From Antedon mediterranea (lineage: Eukaryota; Animalia; Echinodermata): a DNA stretch of 64,000 nt. A model generated the notes under the pieces. The model saw only the letters and a program-made list of their open reading frames with translations. It made no database searches and had not been told where the DNA came from. Of the stretch, positions 50,518-63,060 are shown piece after piece (position 1 is the stretch's first letter; each line of letters begins with the position of its first letter). The DNA lies in assembly GCF_964355755.1 (NCBI RefSeq), contig NC_092672.1, positions 37,268,437 to 37,332,436 on the forward strand, given 5' to 3'. The position numbers and the translations under genes are program-made.

Positions 50518-51426
50518 AATTAACGCATCAAACACTATTGCATGGAACAACACTATTGATGGAACAACAACACTATTGAATGGAACAACAACACTATTGA
50601 ATGGAAAACGACACTACTTCAGTAAGAAACCGACAACTCCAATGAAGATACAGCTTAACCTTGTGTATAGCAGGCCCCATGTTTAATTAGAATCCAGAAT
50701 CCATTGTCCCGGTGAACTCTTTACTTTATAAGAAGACATTAACATTATCTTGGTGGTATTGCTGTCTTAATAAAATAATTGTATCTTCTTGTATCACCGA
50801 CTTTACATTTCACTTTAAAAACATGTTATGTTTGTATTATTAAAGACATTTTATTCTAAAGCGATCTCACTTGTCAGCACGTTGGCACTCTCAGTGAACG
50901 TGGTTTGTTTTATTATTAATATTTATTGGTCAAGTACGGCCATATGTCGTGCTTACTCACATCTATGCTCGTAAAAGTATATTAATTTAATCCTTTGGCA
51001 AAATATTAAATTAGGACTGTTCTGATAGAAACAAATTACTGTCTGTTTGGAGTTAATTGAGAAGAGGAATGTGGTATTCATATACAGCGCGTTGTTCCTT
51101 TCTGGGAGCGCGTGCGCAGATTGTCATTTCGTATGGTTTGTGAACTGGATGTATAGTGTGGAAAACGTGTATTTCTTGTAGTTTCTTTATTTAAGTGTGC
51201 TTCTTATTTTAAGGTAAGATATTTATTAATAATGTGGTGACAATCTTACATTAGATGTAAAAAAGTCAAATCAACTTTAAACAAGTAAACCAAAACTTAT
51301 CTGTCAAATTTGGTAAATTGTCACCAAAAATAAAATAGGCCTATATAACAAAACTTATTATTTTATCCGATTTAAGTCCGTTGATTTCATTCCGTTTGAT
51401 ATTTTTGTTTCTTTACAATCTCTAGT

Positions 51427-54400
51427 ATGGAGGTAAGTGTACACATCAAGAAGAAAATAATCTTGATAAGCACCCTTGTTGAAAGTTTTATATTAGGAGG
51501 ACCGGCGTATGGATGGCCATCTCTTGTCTTTGTCCTCCGGGACAGGGGCTACTTCAGCGATTTATGTGTGAACAGTGAACAGGTCACATATATTGGTAAC
51601 AACAGTTCATCTGATCAGAATATTGATTCTGGTTATCCGACATGCACAGAACAGGACGCACGCCTTCAGCTTGTATTTATCATCGGAATATTTGGGCACA
51701 ACTCCGGTGCACTGATATTTGGTTTTATTTACGATAAATTCGGCTACAGAATAGCAAGAATAATCAGCAGGTTTGTATAAAAACTGTCTATTATAACTAC
51801 AACAACCATAAACGACCTAATTTCGTTTTAATAATAAAACTTTAAACTCGTCACCAATGTCGAGTTTAATATCTAGTTCGATGCTTTGAGCAAAGGCAAT
51901 GAAACCGTTAAAATATCAAGAAAATATCAATGTTTCTACAACAAAATTGTTTTTGTCACAATGCTTTTGAATAATAATTAAGTATAAATTCATTTTTTTA
52001 AATAAGAAACTATATTATTATTTCTTTTTTTGTGTAGTATACTCATTCTGTTAGCATGTCTGCTATTTGCATTTAGCGGACCATCAACATCCAATCTCAC
52101 TTTTATTGCATTACATCTTTTGGCAACTGGAAGTTCCAATCTCATTGTAACAAATACACAGGTAATTTAGTAAAACATAATATTCTTTGTGATAAGGTAT
52201 TTTTTCCTGAATAAAAAACTATGTAAATGAACCTACTTTTTTTAAAAATAAAACAAACTATATTCAGCCAATAACTATATAATTGTATATAGATCAAAAT
52301 GTAAAGGAAGAAAGCAAATGTATGAAATGTTCCAAATGTTTTCTTGACAATTACTTCATTTTTTCTAAAGGTTGGAAATATCTTCGGTAACCGTCGTTCA
52401 ACTGTTATTGGGCTTATTTCTGGCGCGTGTGGATCGTCTGCCGTCATAATGGTTTTTATACAGGTTTGTGGTCATACTTTACTAGACAAAGCAATTGTGT
52501 ACATTACATACGGTTAATTAAGTATGTACGGTTAATTAAGTATGTACGGTTAATTAAGTATGTACGGTTAATTAAGTATGTACGGTTAATTAAGTATGTA
52601 CGGTTAATTAAGTATGTACGGTTAATTAAGTATGTACGGTTAATTAAGTATGTACGGTTAAGTTCGTAGCCTACTAACTCTGTATGGTTTAAGTATCATC
52701 TAACTCTACTGTTTAAGTTCCATTTTAATAATATCAACATTTTTGTTTCTTTTTTTAGATTGCTTACAATGCAGGGATATCAATGATGGCAAGTTTCTCC
52801 TTTTTAGCTGGGTTAACTGTCTTCTTTACCATTAACACAGTATTATTGCCGAAATACAAGTTTCCTTGGCCTGTACCAACTGATTTGGAAAATAGGATGC
52901 AAGTGGCTACAATGTATGGTGGTACTAATGCAAATCAGTTTAATGGTAAGCAGTTTAAAACATTAATATAAACAAGACTAAATTGGTCTTTCTATACTAA
53001 ACACAATCCATTTGTTTTCTTGTTAGCGTCGGGAAGTGATCCAGCCACTACTTCTAACAACGACACATTATGGGTGGATGTTGAATACAAGACACGTTTG
53101 AGTTGTCTTTCTTCTCCGATGTTTTTGTTATTTTTGATGTGGTTCTCAATTATTCAACTTATACATCTGTTTTATTTGGGAACTGTAAATCCAAGATTAC
53201 AGCAACTTACAGGCAACTCTACTGAAGCAAGTAAGTATGTTTTGTCCTAAACAGTGACAGCAATTAGACAGTCATGATACGAAAAACTACGAAGATGTTT
53301 TGCATAGAAAGTAGTATGGCTGATGCAATTTTTACATTGGTAGATTTAAAAGATAACATTGTACTTGCTGATGTAAAGTGAGTCTAGCTCTAAAAACATT
53401 TTTCTTACTCGTTCCTGCTCTTTGTAAATTGCTGCTATAACTTACAAATCTTTTCTTTTTCTAGTTTCAACATACAGTAGCATTTACACAGTTTTATATT
53501 CTACTATCATTGTATTTGCGTGGTTATGTGGAGCAGTTGTTGACAGAAATAAGAACAAAGTATCTAAAGTTAGAAATAACGATTCTAACAACCAAAGTAT
53601 GTTATGCATGTTTTGGGGTTTTGTTTTAAGTCTTTTTCCTTCTTGTCTTTTTAAAGTATTTCTGAATCAGAATTGATTTGAGAAATGTTGTAATTTGACT
53701 ACGCTACAGGACAATCATAACGACACTAACATTTCTTCTTTATAATTTTGAACAATTTGAAGAACATTATGAGCTTTCCGACGACCTATATCCACCAAAA
53801 CTGTCGACTGGAGGTCCGCACAATGATGAAAATAAAAGCTATTATAGATATTCTTTTTTTGGTTAACAGGCCACAGAATACGTTCTCATTTTAATGATCT
53901 TCAAGATTTTATTCCGGCACTTATTATAACCAATCTAGCGACGGCGTTTTTCAATGTCTGTTCGATGATACCAATTCTAAAACTTCAAATACTAACATTT
54001 ATTTTGCAAGTAATGGGAAGGACATTTCTCTATGTCATTATAGCAGCTTTTCTTGCATTAGCGTAAGTTAAACAACTGTTATTGGAAATTCTGCGTTTCG
54101 TATTCAACTTCACTGAAAATTTTATTTTAGACCTAGTAAACAGGAACAGCCATTCTCAACAGTGTATTCATTCATCATTTCACCAACAGGTTAAAATAAG
54201 TAAACACTTAATTTACTGTCTTATCTGGAAAATTAATGTTACATGCTTCCTACAGCTCTTTTGCCAGAATGTTTCTTTTTCAAATCGTAGTTTTTTCCTG
54301 TACTTGTAGATTTCCAGCTAAATACTTTTTGGTTCGGTTTACGGTATCTGCCGCATTGTTGCTGCGTGCATTAGTCTTTTGCAATACCCACTATTACAAA

Positions 54401-54662
54401 TGGTTCAAAACGTATTTGCTGACAACTTTTTATATGTAAGTAGTTTAATGCATTAATTCTACACATGCTTGTTTCTATAATTTTTAAATATAAAATCTTC
54501 TTTAACAACTACACACATTCAGTACCGTAAACAAACTTAACGTTGATATTAATTAAAATATTTCTTGTTTAGATTGATTTATTGCTCGTATTGCTGAACG
54601 TATGCAGTCTCTCTCTACCTGTGTATGTGTATTACTTTGTGCTTAAAAAAGAACACGCGTAG
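51427..54662 (+). CDS. SLC43A3: SLC43A3-like transporter, copy 4; apparent +2 frameshift in exon 8 (possible pseudogene or assembly error)
   Basis: Nine exons recognisable. At 54326-54330 the sequence is TAC-TTTTT-GGT, where copies 1 and 2 have TAC-TTT-GGT. Confidence 0.75.
52509..52662. repeat. 18-bp perfect minisatellite (TACGGTTAATTAAGTATG) x ~8.5
   Basis: Eight identical units plus TACGGTTAAG, in intron 3 of copy 4 only. Confidence 0.95.
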
Positions 54663-54699
54663 AATCCGAGAATTAACGCATCCAATGAAAGGTTCACCT

Positions 54700-55110
54700 C
54701 GACACTATTGCATGGAAAAACATTATAAATTGGATAAAAAGACACTATTATAGTGTAAAAACCACACTATTGCATGGGAAAAAATTATATACACTGGACA
54801 AACAGACACTATTGCAGTGAGAAAACAACACTGATGAATGGGAAAACATTATACATTGGACAAAATGACACTATTGCAGTGAGAAAACGACACTGATGAA
54901 TGGGAAAACATTATACATTGGAAAAAACGACACTATTGCAGTGAGAAAACGACACTGATGAATGGGAAAACATTATACATTGGACAAAATGACACTATTG
55001 CAGTGAGAAAACGACACTGATGAATGGGAAAACATTATACATTGGACAAAACGACACTATTGCAGTGAGAAAACAACACTATTGTAGTGAGAAAACGACA
55101 CTGTTGCATG
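54700..55110. repeat. Compound ~61-bp minisatellite built from GACACTATTGCA units in the 3' region of copy 4
   Basis: GACACTATTGCAGTGAGAAAACGACACTGATGAATGGGAAAACATTATACATTGGACAAAA, repeated about five times with degenerate edges. Confidence 0.85.
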
Positions 55111-55202
55111 GAAAGAGGAAAATAATTTATAGACAACAAAGGACACCAGTGCACGGCGATAGGACACCTCTGGATGATTGGAACATACACTTTAATATTT
55201 AA

Positions 55203-55395
55203 TCAATAAAGTTTATCGCAAATAGCTTGAAATCGCAAGGAATGTCATTTTACAATTCATGATGGGAAGGGTTTGGGAGCAAACGTCACAACGCGTACGT
55301 ACAAAAAATAAATCACGTACGTACGCGTTGTGACGTTTGCTCCCAAACCCTTCCCATCATGCGTCTCGCACGCTATTTGCGATAAACCTTATTGA
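55203..55395. mobile_element. Hairpin MITE-like element
   Basis: Outer inverted repeat TCAATAAAGTTTATCGCAAATAGC / GCTATTTGCGATAAACCTTATTGA. Perfect inner 45-bp arms at 55258-55302 and 55317-55361. Confidence 0.7.
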
Positions 55396-55801
55396 ACAAT
55401 AATAATAATAATATATAATTATATTACCTCATTATGTTATTACTGTAGTACATTACCCTAGCTTATTAATTTAAACTGGTTGTCAATAAAGTTATAGTGA
55501 GAGAGCTGGGCAACACATCAAGGCAAATTATTTGAAAATAAATTAATAAAAGTAATTGGGGGCTGTGACTACTCAACATTTTGTTATGGCATTTGCGACA
55601 ATGCCTAAATACGCGCGCAAAAATGATGACGCGCGCTTCCTGCGCGCCAATGTATTTTTGCGCATATTTTTCCATAGTTACAACCTCCGTTACTTTAGCA
55701 ACGTTTGTAGCACACACACACACCATCACAGGAGACTGATCAGAGTGGCTTAAGTATAGACACATCCTTTTTTAGTTAGCAATGTAAACAACTAAATCCA
55801 C

Positions 55802-58800
55802 ATGACAGGTAAACAATCGGGTACCCGTCAACAGCAATTTAGCTACGTGAAAACTAAACAACAGTACACTGCCATTGAAACAGCCGATTGTAAAAGACAT
55901 GGCTACGTGCTTACGGACACTACGTTAGGAACTGGCGCGTACGCAAAGGTAAAATTAGCACGAGTGGTCGATAGAAAACTCGAGCGATATGAAAGATTAA
56001 GAACAGATTTGAAAGATAAAGGACATAATCTGGTAAGTCTACATACACTATACTAATTTTCTAAAATCTCGGCTGTTATAAAGTATGAATTTGAATCTCT
56101 ATTTTTTACCTGTGTTGTCTGTCATTGCATTTTCTATATTTCCAAAAGACTTCTATTATAATTCTCTTATATCTTTAGATCATGGTTCAAATTCACTATT
56201 GTCATTTCCATTCAATGTCTCTATTGGCACTCATTCCTCTGAAAATCATAAACAAAATATTTAATTAATTGATTTTATGAATTTTTAATTAATATTCAAA
56301 TTTCAGGTAGCAATCAAGATTATTTCAAAGAAGGAAGCACCGTCTGAATACATCAACAAGTTTATGCCACGTGAAGTTGACGCTTTGAAAGTCACATACA
56401 AACATGCTAACCTGGTAAGAACAAAGTTAGGCCTAAGTATGTTGTCTAGATGCTGTAGGCCTATATGGCATTGCTACGGTACCTTATCGGATTGTATCGG
56501 ATAAAATTAAAACTTTAAAAAGTCAATATTAAAAAAAATCCACGACGGAGAATGGGAACGTTGAAACTTCGCTTTTTATATTCTAATTGAATTTTATTAG
56601 GTTGACTTGAAATGCGTTTTGTTTGTCAAGGCAACACAATAAAATCCCCATAAAATAAATTAATCACAAATTAAATACAATATCATACACAAGGGTTAGA
56701 AAACAAATACAATATTAATATTCAAATTTCATAAACGACAAGTAGTTTTTATTCGATTACATCTAAATAACTCTACATTCAATGATTTTATTTTAAAACA
56801 ACGTGAAACTAAATAACTCTTCTTGGATCATCTGTCGCTTGTGATAGGTAAAATTACTTATACTCGTGTTACACCTAGTTCTTGTACAGTGGCGGATCGG
56901 ATTGAAATAGTGGAGTCAGGGTAGAGTCGGGGATAACTTATATCTTTTGAATTGTGGTGTCCCCGTGTCTCCCACCCACCAGCTATGGTAAATAAATGTA
57001 TCTTTTCATATTTTTAGGTCCAGTTATACGAGGTATTTCGGACAGACATTCGTATTTACTTGGTGGTAGAGTACGCCCCTAACGGTGATATTCTATCGTA
57101 CATTAATGAATGCGTACTACAGAATGGATGTGGTATCAAAGAAGACAGGGCTAGGCAACTGTTTAAGCAAATAATCGCAGGAGTGGCATACTGCCATAAC
57201 CTGAATGTCGTGCATAGGTATGAAATATGACCTGCTACAATTTAATTAACTTCACTCTGATTAGATACGTACTTAACTTAGATCGGCTCTAATGCTCTCA
57301 TTCCTATTATATATACAGTTATGGCTAAAATGTGATTTAAATTAGAGAGTCCAAGATAATCATTATAGTTCACTCAAATTGCTCCAAGGTAGAAAGATAT
57401 AGCAAGGTTTCGTTTGGGCATGCGCATATATTAACGGTGTTAACAATATATGTATACGTTTTACTTTCAAGGGATTTGAAGTGTGAAAATATTCTACTGG
57501 ATGAAAACGACAACATTAAAATCACTGGTAATTATTATAATTATTTACTTGTCATTTACAATTTAATGTTGAACTATTGTCTGTTGGTCGATCTGTATAT
57601 ACTCATTTCATTGCGTGTTCATACGTCCATGGCCTCTATAGTTACACAATGACAATCTGAATCTGTATATGTGTACGGGGCGCCGTATGGGACAATGCTA
57701 ATTTTGTCGAAATATTACAATTTTGTCTACACATAATTAATTTTGTCAATACAAAATTCATTTTGTCAACACAAAATTCATTTTGTATTGACAAAATTCA
57801 TTTTGTGTTGACAAAATTTATTCTGTGTGGACAAAAGTAATTTTGTCTTGACAAAATTCATTTTGTCTCGACAAAATTAATTCTGTGTAAACAAAATTCA
57901 TTCTGTGTAGACAAAATTAATTCTGTGTTGACAAAATTATTTCTGTGTAGACAAAATTCATTCTGTAACGACAAAATTCATTTTGTGGCGACAAAATTCA
58001 TTCTGTAACGACAAAATTCATTTTGTGTAGACAAAATTAATTCTGTGTGGACAAAATTAATTCTGTGTAGACAAAATTAATTCTGTGTGGACAAAATTCA
58101 TTTTGTGGCGACAAAATGTATTCTGTGTAGACAAAATTTATTCTGTGTAGACAAAATTCATTCTGTGTAGACAAAATTCATTCTGTGTAGACAAAATTCA
58201 TTTTGTTGCAACAAAATTTATTTTGTCGCGACAAAATAAATTTTGTTAGCCGAGCCTACTCAAGCGTGGGACAAAACGTTTTAACATTTAAATTAGAAGG
58301 CGGGGTTGTTATGGGAAACTCGAAGATTGACAGTTATAGGCCTACGATCAAACAGCTCGCGAATATCATTTTACGACCTCCTCTACACCGGTGAACTTGA
58401 ATACTTTGCGTCGAGTATAAGTACAGTTTATACTGACGTATAACAATATTATTGTATACTTGAAATTAATTCCGATTCAGCAAAACGGAACACGTAGCCC
58501 TCCCGGGTAGCCCTATATGCCTACCGATTTTGGTAATAAATATTAAAGATGGTTGAAGATTTATATCGATACCGATAATATTGATAAAGAAAATGACAAC
58601 ACTATTTACGATAACATCTGATAAGTTGAGTAGTAATGAAATGATTTTAGTTAATACATTTATTTTAATATAATAGTTAGTATAGGCCTATTTATTCTTA
58701 TGGGAATTGCGTCGTCTATATAGGCCTACCAAGTTTATTTGATAGGAATACTAAATTGCTAATAGGCCTAACTCAAGGGAACAAAACTATGATATATCTC

Positions 58801-61800
58801 TTAAGACATATATTAATTGTCTCTAATTGGAATAATAGAGATATCTTTATTGAAAAGATATCTTGGTTATAACAGGGATATATCTCTATTGGAACCTAAG
58901 ATCTATATTGTAAACTAACTACATCTATTAAAAACTAAGATATTTTAGTTGCCTAAATAAATGACAGTTTGGTACGCCATAGATTATGAGTATTGCAAAT
59001 TGTCGTTAAAAAGTTAAATTTAATTTCAAATTTACGTTTAACTATTAATTTTACTCTCGGTTGCATATTATTATATATTTACACCCTCGAAAGATATAAT
59101 TCAACTTTGACCAAATAGTTAAATGGGTGTTCACACAACTGACATATGGCGCCACTCAAGTATCCATTCCCATGGCAGTGTATATAATCTTTCCACCTTC
59201 TCCATGATTGATTTTATTTATTATACATTGGTAATTGCAAATAATTGTTTATAGGTTTACATTGTTCTTTGTACTTTTAATGTACGTATTCAGTCTTTGC
59301 CTGGCTTGATAAGATTGATGTTAAATAAAAATGCATTTTCCACTAATAAAATATGGAGTTGTATCGAGAAAGTATTGTAATTTCGGGCAGAATGGTTTTC
59401 GGTCTGGAAAGGTCATTATTACACTGTCTGGGGTGTTGATATTTATACATCGAATGTTCGAATCGAATCGAATAGCCCCATTATTGAAGCTTTACCTGAA
59501 GAGGTCCTAGACAACTTGCGTAATCTTGGAGAAGCCCAGACCCTCAGTCAAACCAGCTTCGGTCTGGAAAGGTCATTATTACACTGTCTGGGGTGTTGAT
59601 ATTTATACATCGAATGTTTTATGGGCAATCAGTCCTGAACCTAGCCAACATAGGCTACCTGGCCTACTTACTACTCTAGGTTAAAGGTTATTAGGTTTCG
59701 CAGGGTGGATGATTGTTATAATAAAACTAACGTGAGCAATCTTCTGTAGTCAGTTCTTTAAATGTTTTTTTTTTCAAATAACGGACAGCTTTCAGCATCA
59801 TTATTTCTGCAATGATTATTATTATCTTAAAGATATATTGTCCCCTGAAAAAAATGTTTTTTTTAAATCTTTTTGTTGAATATGTTATTTTAATGTCACA
59901 TAATAGTTATTCACTTTCACAAAAAATTGGGTCTGAAAAAAAATTATTTACCTGAAAAAACTGTAATTTAAAGCAAAAAATTGTCAAATTGTCTGGAAGC
60001 CAATGAGTTTTTGGGTAATTTAACTGTTTATTTTGTCTTTTTATAGTTGAAATAATTGTTTTCCCCGTTCTTTTTTCTTATGGAAGTGAACAACTTCATT
60101 AAAATTGCATAATGGCCTATTCTTTATTTTTCATGATTTTGGGAGACAATACATCTTTAATTTTAAAATAAAGTATATACATTTTATAAGATTAATAAAT
60201 AATATTTTAAACGACAAAATATTAAATAGCCCCATTACTACAATTTTACTTAAGTAATAAGGGCTCTAATGAAAACCATTTTCCGATTTTTTAATATAGA
60301 ATACATTATAATAATAATTATTACTGACGACGTAGATATTAAATTGTCAAAGTATGAATACTGATCATATCTGATATTTTCAGGGGTTCCCTGATATTAT
60401 AAAATAGATTAATATGATAGCAATAGAGACGGAGGCATGCTCAGCCATAATAACTTAACCAATAACAAATGTCAAAGATAGCTTCACCCTGTCTTGCCCT
60501 TTTCACGTTTAAACTCCGCCTTCTAATTTAAATATTAAAACGGAGCCTACTCAAGCGTGGGACAAAATGTTTTAAAAAACGTTTTGTCCCACGCTTGAGT
60601 AGGCTCGGCTAACAAAATTTATTTTGTCGCGACAAAATTTATTTTGTCTCGACAAAATGAATTTTGTTGCAACAAAATTCATTTTGTCTACACAGAATGA
60701 ATTTTGTCTACACAGAATTAATTTTGTCCACACAGAATTAATTTTGTCCACACAGAATTAATGTTGTCGTTACAGAATGAATTTTGTCTACACAGAATGA
60801 ATTTTGTCTACACAGAATTAATTTTGTCCACACAGAATGAATTTTGTCGTTACAGAATGAATTTTGTCGCCACAAAATGAATTTTGTCGTTACAGAATGA
60901 ATTTTGTCTACACAGAATTAATTTTGTCAACACAGAATTAATTTTGTCTACACAGAATGAATTTTGTTTACACAGAATTAATTTTGTCGAGACAAAATGA
61001 ATTTTGTCCACACAGAATAAATTTTGTCAACAAAAAATGAATTTTGTCAATACAAAATGAATTTTGTGTTGACAAAATGAATTTTGTATTGGCAAAATTA
61101 ATTATGTGTAGACAAAATTGTAATATTTCGACAAAATTAGCAATGTCCCAAACGGCGCCCCGTATATGTGTAGGCCTATGTATGATGAACAAACAAAATC
61201 ATTTTTCTGAAAGGTACCAATTTTGATAACTCTTTTCTAAAAACGTAAACTGTATATTTTTGCTGCAGACTTTGGTTTCGCATGTCGGTTTCCGACAAAC
61301 CGCTGCAACATGTTATCAACTTTCTGCGGATCGTATGCTTACGCAGCTCCGGAGATTCTATCGGCAAACAACTACGACGGCAAACTAGCTGATATATGGA
61401 GCCTGTGAGTGATTTTAACTAATATTGTTTAACCACCTTGCCATTTATGTTGTTTATGTCTTGTTGTTTTCTAATGATAAAAGTTGAATCAATTCAATGC
61501 AATTTATTCTCATAAGATACTTTTTAAATAAAATGAGAGTTTAAAAACATTTCCACAAGAAAACAAAAAAATAGAAAATTAGATCCCAAATCATATCAAT
61601 TTGGAAGCTCTTCTGAAATTTAAGTCAATTATTTAAGGTAATGGTACTCTGTACCTTGTTGGATATCTTGAATTCCTGGTTCTCGGTGACGCAAATCGGT
61701 TTAAATTTAAAAATTGCAAGTATTAACTCATCTTTATCTTCAGAGGTGTTGTGCTGTATGCGATAGTGAACGGAAGACTTCCATTCAATGACCAAAATCT

Positions 61801-62393
61801 CGCCACGCTTCTTCAACAAACCAAAAAGAGGCCACATTTCCAGCCATGGGTTTCAAAAGGTGAGATAGTTATTGTTAAATATTGTATTTTTTTTGTAAAT
61901 GCGAAGAATGAATGATACGATAAATAATAATATCCGATTTTATCAAACGTACAATAAGTTTATTTTTAATGTTCTACAGATTGTGCCGATTTAATCCGAA
62001 AGTTACTACGACCACGCCCTCTTACACGTCTGCGCATGCACGAGATTAATCACCACCCGTGGGTTCGGAAACAGGTCATGAAATTTGACCCATCTGATTA
62101 CGTAAGTTTTTTTGGTTCTTTTTTTTTTTTTTTTTTTTTTTTGAAGCATCAAAAAACTTTATAATGAACAACAAATGAATGAGAATAAACTTGATGTGTT
62201 TAATTATTTCAGGGATTTACTAGGCCGATAAACGGTGCTGGAGAACCTGGTGATGAGACTCAGTCAGACGAAACAATAGAGTTACAAAAGACGCCACCAC
62301 CCAAAGAACAGCATGTGATGGTCTTACTACCGAATGGTGAAACAACACGCAAGAAAATCAACGAGTTGACTCCACAAATACGTTCTCCACCAG
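55802..62393 (+). CDS. TSSK5: Testis-specific Ser/Thr kinase 5-like, 3'-incomplete; exons 55802-56032, 56307-56414, 57018-57217, 57472-57527, 61269-61404, 61744-61859, 61980-62101, 62213-62393
   Basis: [21 protein letters not shown] (TSSK signature), [29 protein letters not shown] and DIWSLG. The subdomain I-II insert ending [13 protein letters not shown] and the TYKH motif match recalled TSSK5. All phases are consistent; the last exon ends at a donor with no stop. Confidence 0.85.
57676..61162. mobile_element. Foldback/MULE-like non-autonomous transposon with ~630-bp modular TIRs and a 10-bp TSD
   Basis: TSD TATATGTGTA at 57666-57675 and 61163-61172. Termini CGGGGCGCCGT...ACGGCGCCCCG. The TIRs (~57676-58305 and ~60513-61162) are built from 20-bp tandem units like ACAAAATTCATTCTGTGTAG. 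No long internal ORF. Confidence 0.9.
59831..60156. mobile_element. Kolobok-like MITE nested in the foldback element
   Basis: TTAA|AGATATATTGTCCCC...GGAGACAATACATCT|TTAA. Confidence 0.8.
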
Positions 62394-63060
62394 GTGCGTG
62401 TCAAACTTACTGGTCTCCACTAGGACGCAACGCAAGGACGTACGTGCAATATAATTTGACCAATCACAATGGACAGCTCGGATGATCAATTACTTTTCAT
62501 TAGTCATTTTATGCGTACGTCTTTGCGTTGTGCGTATGTTCGTTGCGCTATAGTGAGAACCAAGCTATAGCTCTGTCTACACTAGACTTGCCCCAAGTCT
62601 GTATTGTTTTTTTATTTATTTGTTTTTATTTCGACCGCGATTTTTGTCTGAAAATACAGACTTGTGAAACACGTATAGAAATCGATTTGCAGACCGCAAA
62701 CATCCGATAATAATGACGTAGGTTATCATACCGTATTTGGCTATATGGGGCGGGCGGTATGTAAATATGGATTTCGAATCAACCAATGATCATTTTGTTT
62801 CAAAATGAAAAAGATCGAGTAGGCCTATACGTACAGTGCTGAATGTACGATCGAGTCTGTTGAAATATGAAATCGTGTTGCCAAGTTGTTTTGTTTATTA
62901 ATTGTTTAGTCCTTAGCCTAGGTCTCCTTCGTAGGTCCTACTCAACTCGCACGTACGACCTGCCAAATAAAACGCCAATAAGGTAGGCCTACATAATACC
63001 ACCACCGGCACACAACAGGATTCACACACAACACAGTGCTACACCACTACACAGAACAGG

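Noticed and set aside
52499-52509. TACAT-TACAT as an excision footprint in copy 4
   Set aside because: Copy 1 has the same spacing at this site (GTGTATATCGTATACGG), so no net duplication is demonstrated.
52427-52669. ORF with VRLIKY repeats
   Set aside because: Translation of an intronic 18-bp minisatellite, out of frame with the host exon.
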